Positions 6,868 to 8,958 of a DNA stretch of 8,958 nt are shown piece by piece. The DNA is from a virus. Its lineage: Duplodnaviria; Heunggongvirae; Uroviricota; Caudoviricetes. Location of the stretch: IMG/VR virus record IMGVR_UViG_2703718848_000007; one strand, written 5' to 3'. The notes beneath the pieces are model-generated. The model saw nothing but the letters and a program-made list of their open reading frames with translations, was not told the DNA's origin and made no database searches. The position numbers were made by a program, and so were the translations under genes. Position 1 is the stretch's first letter. Each line of letters starts with the position of its first letter.

Positions 6868-6988
6868 CTGCTACGATTCTCCCTTAGTGCTTCTAATGGC
6901 TCCTAATGGCTAATTATTGCCTAAAAGGATAACTCCAGAAGCACAACATTTCACACTATCAGCAAGAAATTACGCAATCGGAGTAATT
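6868..6988. promoter_or_regulatory. C/cox immunity switch region (divergent early and repressor promoters) with direct-repeat operator
   Basis: 121-bp spacer between divergent cox and C. Perfect direct repeat CTAATGGCT at 6893-6901 and 6903-6911, one helical turn apart. P2-type repressors are known to bind direct repeats. Promoter hexamers not confidently mapped. Confidence 0.6.
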
Positions 6989-7288
6989 ATGTCAATAGAC
7001 GTTTCGGAGAAGTTGAAGCTAATCCGTGAATCTGAAAGGTTAAACCGTAAAGAATTCAGTGAATTAACTGGTGTAGCCTACAGCTCACTTTCGAGCTATG
7101 AGAGCCGGTCAAAAAACGCTGGAGTTGAAGCCATAATGAAGGTCTTACAACATCCTAGATTTACTAAATATACTTTGTGGTTCATGACTGATCAGGTAGC
7201 TCCAGAAGCCGGGCAAATTGCGCCCGCTCTCGCACACTTTGGGCAAAACGAAACAACGTCGCCCCACTCCGGTCAAAAGACTGGTTAA
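6989..7288 (+). CDS. C: immunity repressor C (P2-type)
   Basis: Track ORF starts at 6917, but the in-frame ATG at 6989 has GGAG 5 nt upstream and gives 99 aa, matching P2 C length as I recall. Divergent from cox and upstream of int. Confidence 0.8.
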   Translation: MSIDVSEKLKLIRESERLNRKEFSELTGVAYSSLSSYESRSKNAGVEAIMKVLQHPRFTKYTLWFMTDQVAPEAGQIAPALAHFGQNETTSPHSGQKTG

Positions 7289-7328
7289 CAATTTATCGTG
7301 AATATATTCATCACAAGTGCCTACTATT

Positions 7329-7349
7329 GGTGGCTAAATTTCAGCCACC
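7329..7349. repeat. hairpin GGTGGCT / AGCCACC in the C-int spacer
   Basis: 7-bp perfect stem with 7-nt loop (AAATTTC); no U-tract on either strand, so not called a terminator. Confidence 0.4.
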
Positions 7350-7403
7350 ACGAAAAAAGCGATTAGTAGTAGCAAAAAAAAGTACCACTCGGAGGGTTTT
7401 CTG

Positions 7404-8417
7404 ATGGCAATCAAAAAACTCGATGATGGTCGATATGAAGTGGACATCCGCCCTACTGGACGTAACGGAAAACGCATCCGTAGGAAGTTTGATAAGAAAA
7501 GCGAAGCTGTCGCTTTCGAAAAATACACGTTGTACAACCACCACAATAAAGAATGGCTATCAAAACCAACAGACAAACGACGTCTGTCGGAACTGACACA
7601 GATCTGGTGGGATTTAAAGGGTAAACACGAAGAGCATGGGAAATCTAATCTTGGAAAAATTGAAATCTTCACAAAAATAACGAATGACCCATGCGCATTT
7701 CAAATCACGAAATCCCTTATCAGCCAGTACTGCGCCACCCGAAGAAGTCAGGGTATTAAACCTTCGAGTATCAATCGTGATTTAACATGTATTAGCGGCA
7801 TGTTTACAGCCCTGATTGAAGCGGAGTTATTCTTTGGTGAGCACCCTATCAGAGGGACAAAGAGGCTTAAGGAGGAAAAACCAGAAACAGGCTATCTCAC
7901 ACAGGAAGAAATTGCCTTACTGCTTGCAGCACTTGACGGCGACAATAAAAAGATTGCGATTCTTTGCCTGAGTACAGGAGCACGTTGGGGAGAAGCAGCT
8001 CGTTTGAAAGCAGAAAATATCATCCATAACCGCGTCACGTTTGTTAAAACGAAAACAAACAAACCACGCACCGTCCCGATTTCAGAGGCTGTTGCCAAAA
8101 TGATCGCGGATAACAAACGAGGTTTTTTATTCCCTGATGCTGATTACCCTCGCTTCAGACGAACAATGAAAGCAATAAAACCGGATTTGCCAATGGGGCA
8201 AGCCACACATGCACTAAGGCACAGCTTTGCCACTCATTTCATGATTAATGGAGGAAGTATTATCACGCTACAACGGATACTAGGTCACACGCGGATTGAG
8301 CAAACTATGGTTTACGCTCATTTTGCGCCAGAGTACCTTCAGGACGCCATTTCTCTTAATCCGCTAAGAGGTGGTACTGAGGCCGAGAGTGTCCACACAG
8401 TGTCCACAGTAGAGTAA
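7404..8417 (+). CDS. int: tyrosine recombinase integrase, P2 Int family
   Basis: 337 aa. C-terminal catalytic signature HALRHSFATHF ... LGHTRIEQTMVYAHF (His-x-x-Arg box and Tyr nucleophile). GGAGGG 7 nt upstream of the ATG. Adjacent to the att core. Confidence 0.9.
   Translation: MAIKKLDDGRYEVDIRPTGRNGKRIRRKFDKKSEAVAFEKYTLYNHHNKEWLSKPTDKRRLSELTQIWWDLKGKHEEHGKSNLGKIEIFTKITNDPCAFQITKSLISQYCATRRSQGIKPSSINRDLTCISGMFTALIEAELFFGEHPIRGTKRLKEEKPETGYLTQEEIALLLAALDGDNKKIAILCLSTGARWGEAARLKAENIIHNRVTFVKTKTNKPRTVPISEAVAKMIADNKRGFLFPDADYPRFRRTMKAIKPDLPMGQATHALRHSFATHFMINGGSIITLQRILGHTRIEQTMVYAHFAPEYLQDAISLNPLRGGTEAESVHTVSTVE
8390..8408. repeat. two direct repeats of TGTCCACA (TGTGGACA on the other strand), probable Int arm-type binding sites
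   Basis: Copies at 8390-8397 and 8401-8408, 11 bp apart, inside the last codons of int (encoding HTVSTV). TGTGGACA is the P2 Int arm-site consensus as I recall it. Confidence 0.5.
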
Positions 8418-8496
8418 CGTTTAAGGGCTTTCAGTGGTAATTTATGCCGCTCAAACCCGCATTGTACCGTTGAAAGCCCCTACTGGTGACACCCTA

Positions 8497-8523
8497 AATC
8501 TCCCTTACACGGGCTTATTTTTT
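8497..8523. other. att core (27 bp) of P2-type integration
   Basis: AATCTCCCTTACACGGGCTTATTTTTT is the reverse complement of the P2 core AAAAAATAAGCCCGTGTAAGGGAGATT as I recall it. It lies 80 bp downstream of int. Confidence 0.7.
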
Positions 8524-8586
8524 ATGCATAAGCCCTATCCCTGGTCACCGTCTTCCATTGACCACATCGATAGAATCTCCCTTCAT

Positions 8587-8619
8587 AGCACGATGCCTTT
8601 CACGTAACGGCATCGTGCT
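8587..8619. repeat. perfect 11-bp-stem hairpin AGCACGATGCC / GGCATCGTGCT in flanking DNA
   Basis: Read directly; 11-nt loop; no U-tract on either side. Confidence 0.5.
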
Positions 8620-8681
8620 CGCACAGGTTCCGGCTAAGCACAACCAGAACGCGCATGTTTGACGCTTACCAAAAAATATTC

Positions 8682-8957
8682 TCACTCTCCACATTTGAAT
8701 GTCAGACGAGCGACGCCATGTAATCCTGCACCTTCTGTCTTCAGGTCAACTATCTGCATTTTTTTGCCCTGAGTAACACAGAAATGGGCTGCATCATTTT
8801 TTACTATATTTTCTGCACCAGATATTCTGCCCCTGGCTAAAGAAGCTTCGGCTTCGGTGTAGTATTGGTTATCGAGTTTACGCTGAATATTACTTTTATA
8901 TGCAAGACCAAATTTACCGATACTTGTCTCATCATTATGCACAGCACAACCAGACAT
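8682..8957 (-). CDS. partial ORF in non-phage flanking DNA, unknown product; N-terminus may lie beyond the window
   Basis: Open frame runs to the window edge; LSGC-like context at the N-terminus could be a lipobox if translation starts further upstream. No family recognised. Confidence 0.4.
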   Translation of the reverse strand: MSGCAVHNDETSIGKFGLAYKSNIQRKLDNQYYTEAEASLARGRISGAENIVKNDAAHFCVTQGKKMQIVDLKTEGAGLHGVARLTFKCGE

Positions 8958-8958
8958 A

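Larger units (their letters stand above)
1..8523. mobile_element. P2-family prophage segment (cos to int-proximal att junction), reverse of canonical P2 map
   Basis: Gene order and content A, B, cox, C, int with P2-like sizes; a 27-bp sequence at 8497-8523 matches the P2 att core as I recall it; the left edge matches the start of the P2/P4 cohesive end. Confidence 0.8.

Noticed and set aside
7334-8116. Minus-strand ORFs inside int (7334-7672, 7341-7544, 7892-8116)
   Set aside because: Antisense to the integrase gene with its clear catalytic motifs; the first also runs across the int ribosome-binding site. Spurious.
8524-8681. tRNA gene at the integration site
   Set aside because: Many integrases target tRNA genes, but no cloverleaf-compatible arrangement is visible here. 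The only strong hairpin has an 11-bp stem, too long for a tRNA arm, and P2-type integration is not at a tRNA.
1-8958. CRISPR array or other tandem repeat array
   Set aside because: No regularly spaced repeats of 25-40 bp anywhere. The only repeats are short operator-like or arm-site direct repeats and isolated palindromes.

Overview
The window is the early/immunity arm of a P2-family temperate phage, most likely an integrated prophage, shown in reverse of the canonical P2 map. Left to right: a partial cos site at the window edge (about 1-20); an AT-rich cargo island (about 130-1750) carrying two genes for two-helix membrane proteins of unrecognised family; a roughly 435-bp spacer with palindromes; a small ASCH/DUF3850-like protein gene start-stop overlapped with A; the rolling-circle initiator gene A; the orf83-orf82-orf81-orf80 block; B; orf78; cox; the C/cox switch with a direct-repeat operator; C repressor; int with arm-type repeats in its 3' end; a 27-bp att core (8497-8523); then non-phage flanking DNA with a partial ORF. 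The conserved backbone is on the minus strand from cox to A and on the plus strand for C and int. The candidate undescribed system is the two-gene membrane cassette sitting between cos and the replication gene, the position where P2 itself carries old and tin and where related phages are known to carry diverse anti-phage systems. All calls rest on reading the translations and the DNA by eye; no database search or structure prediction could be run, and protein lengths quoted for P2 are from memory.
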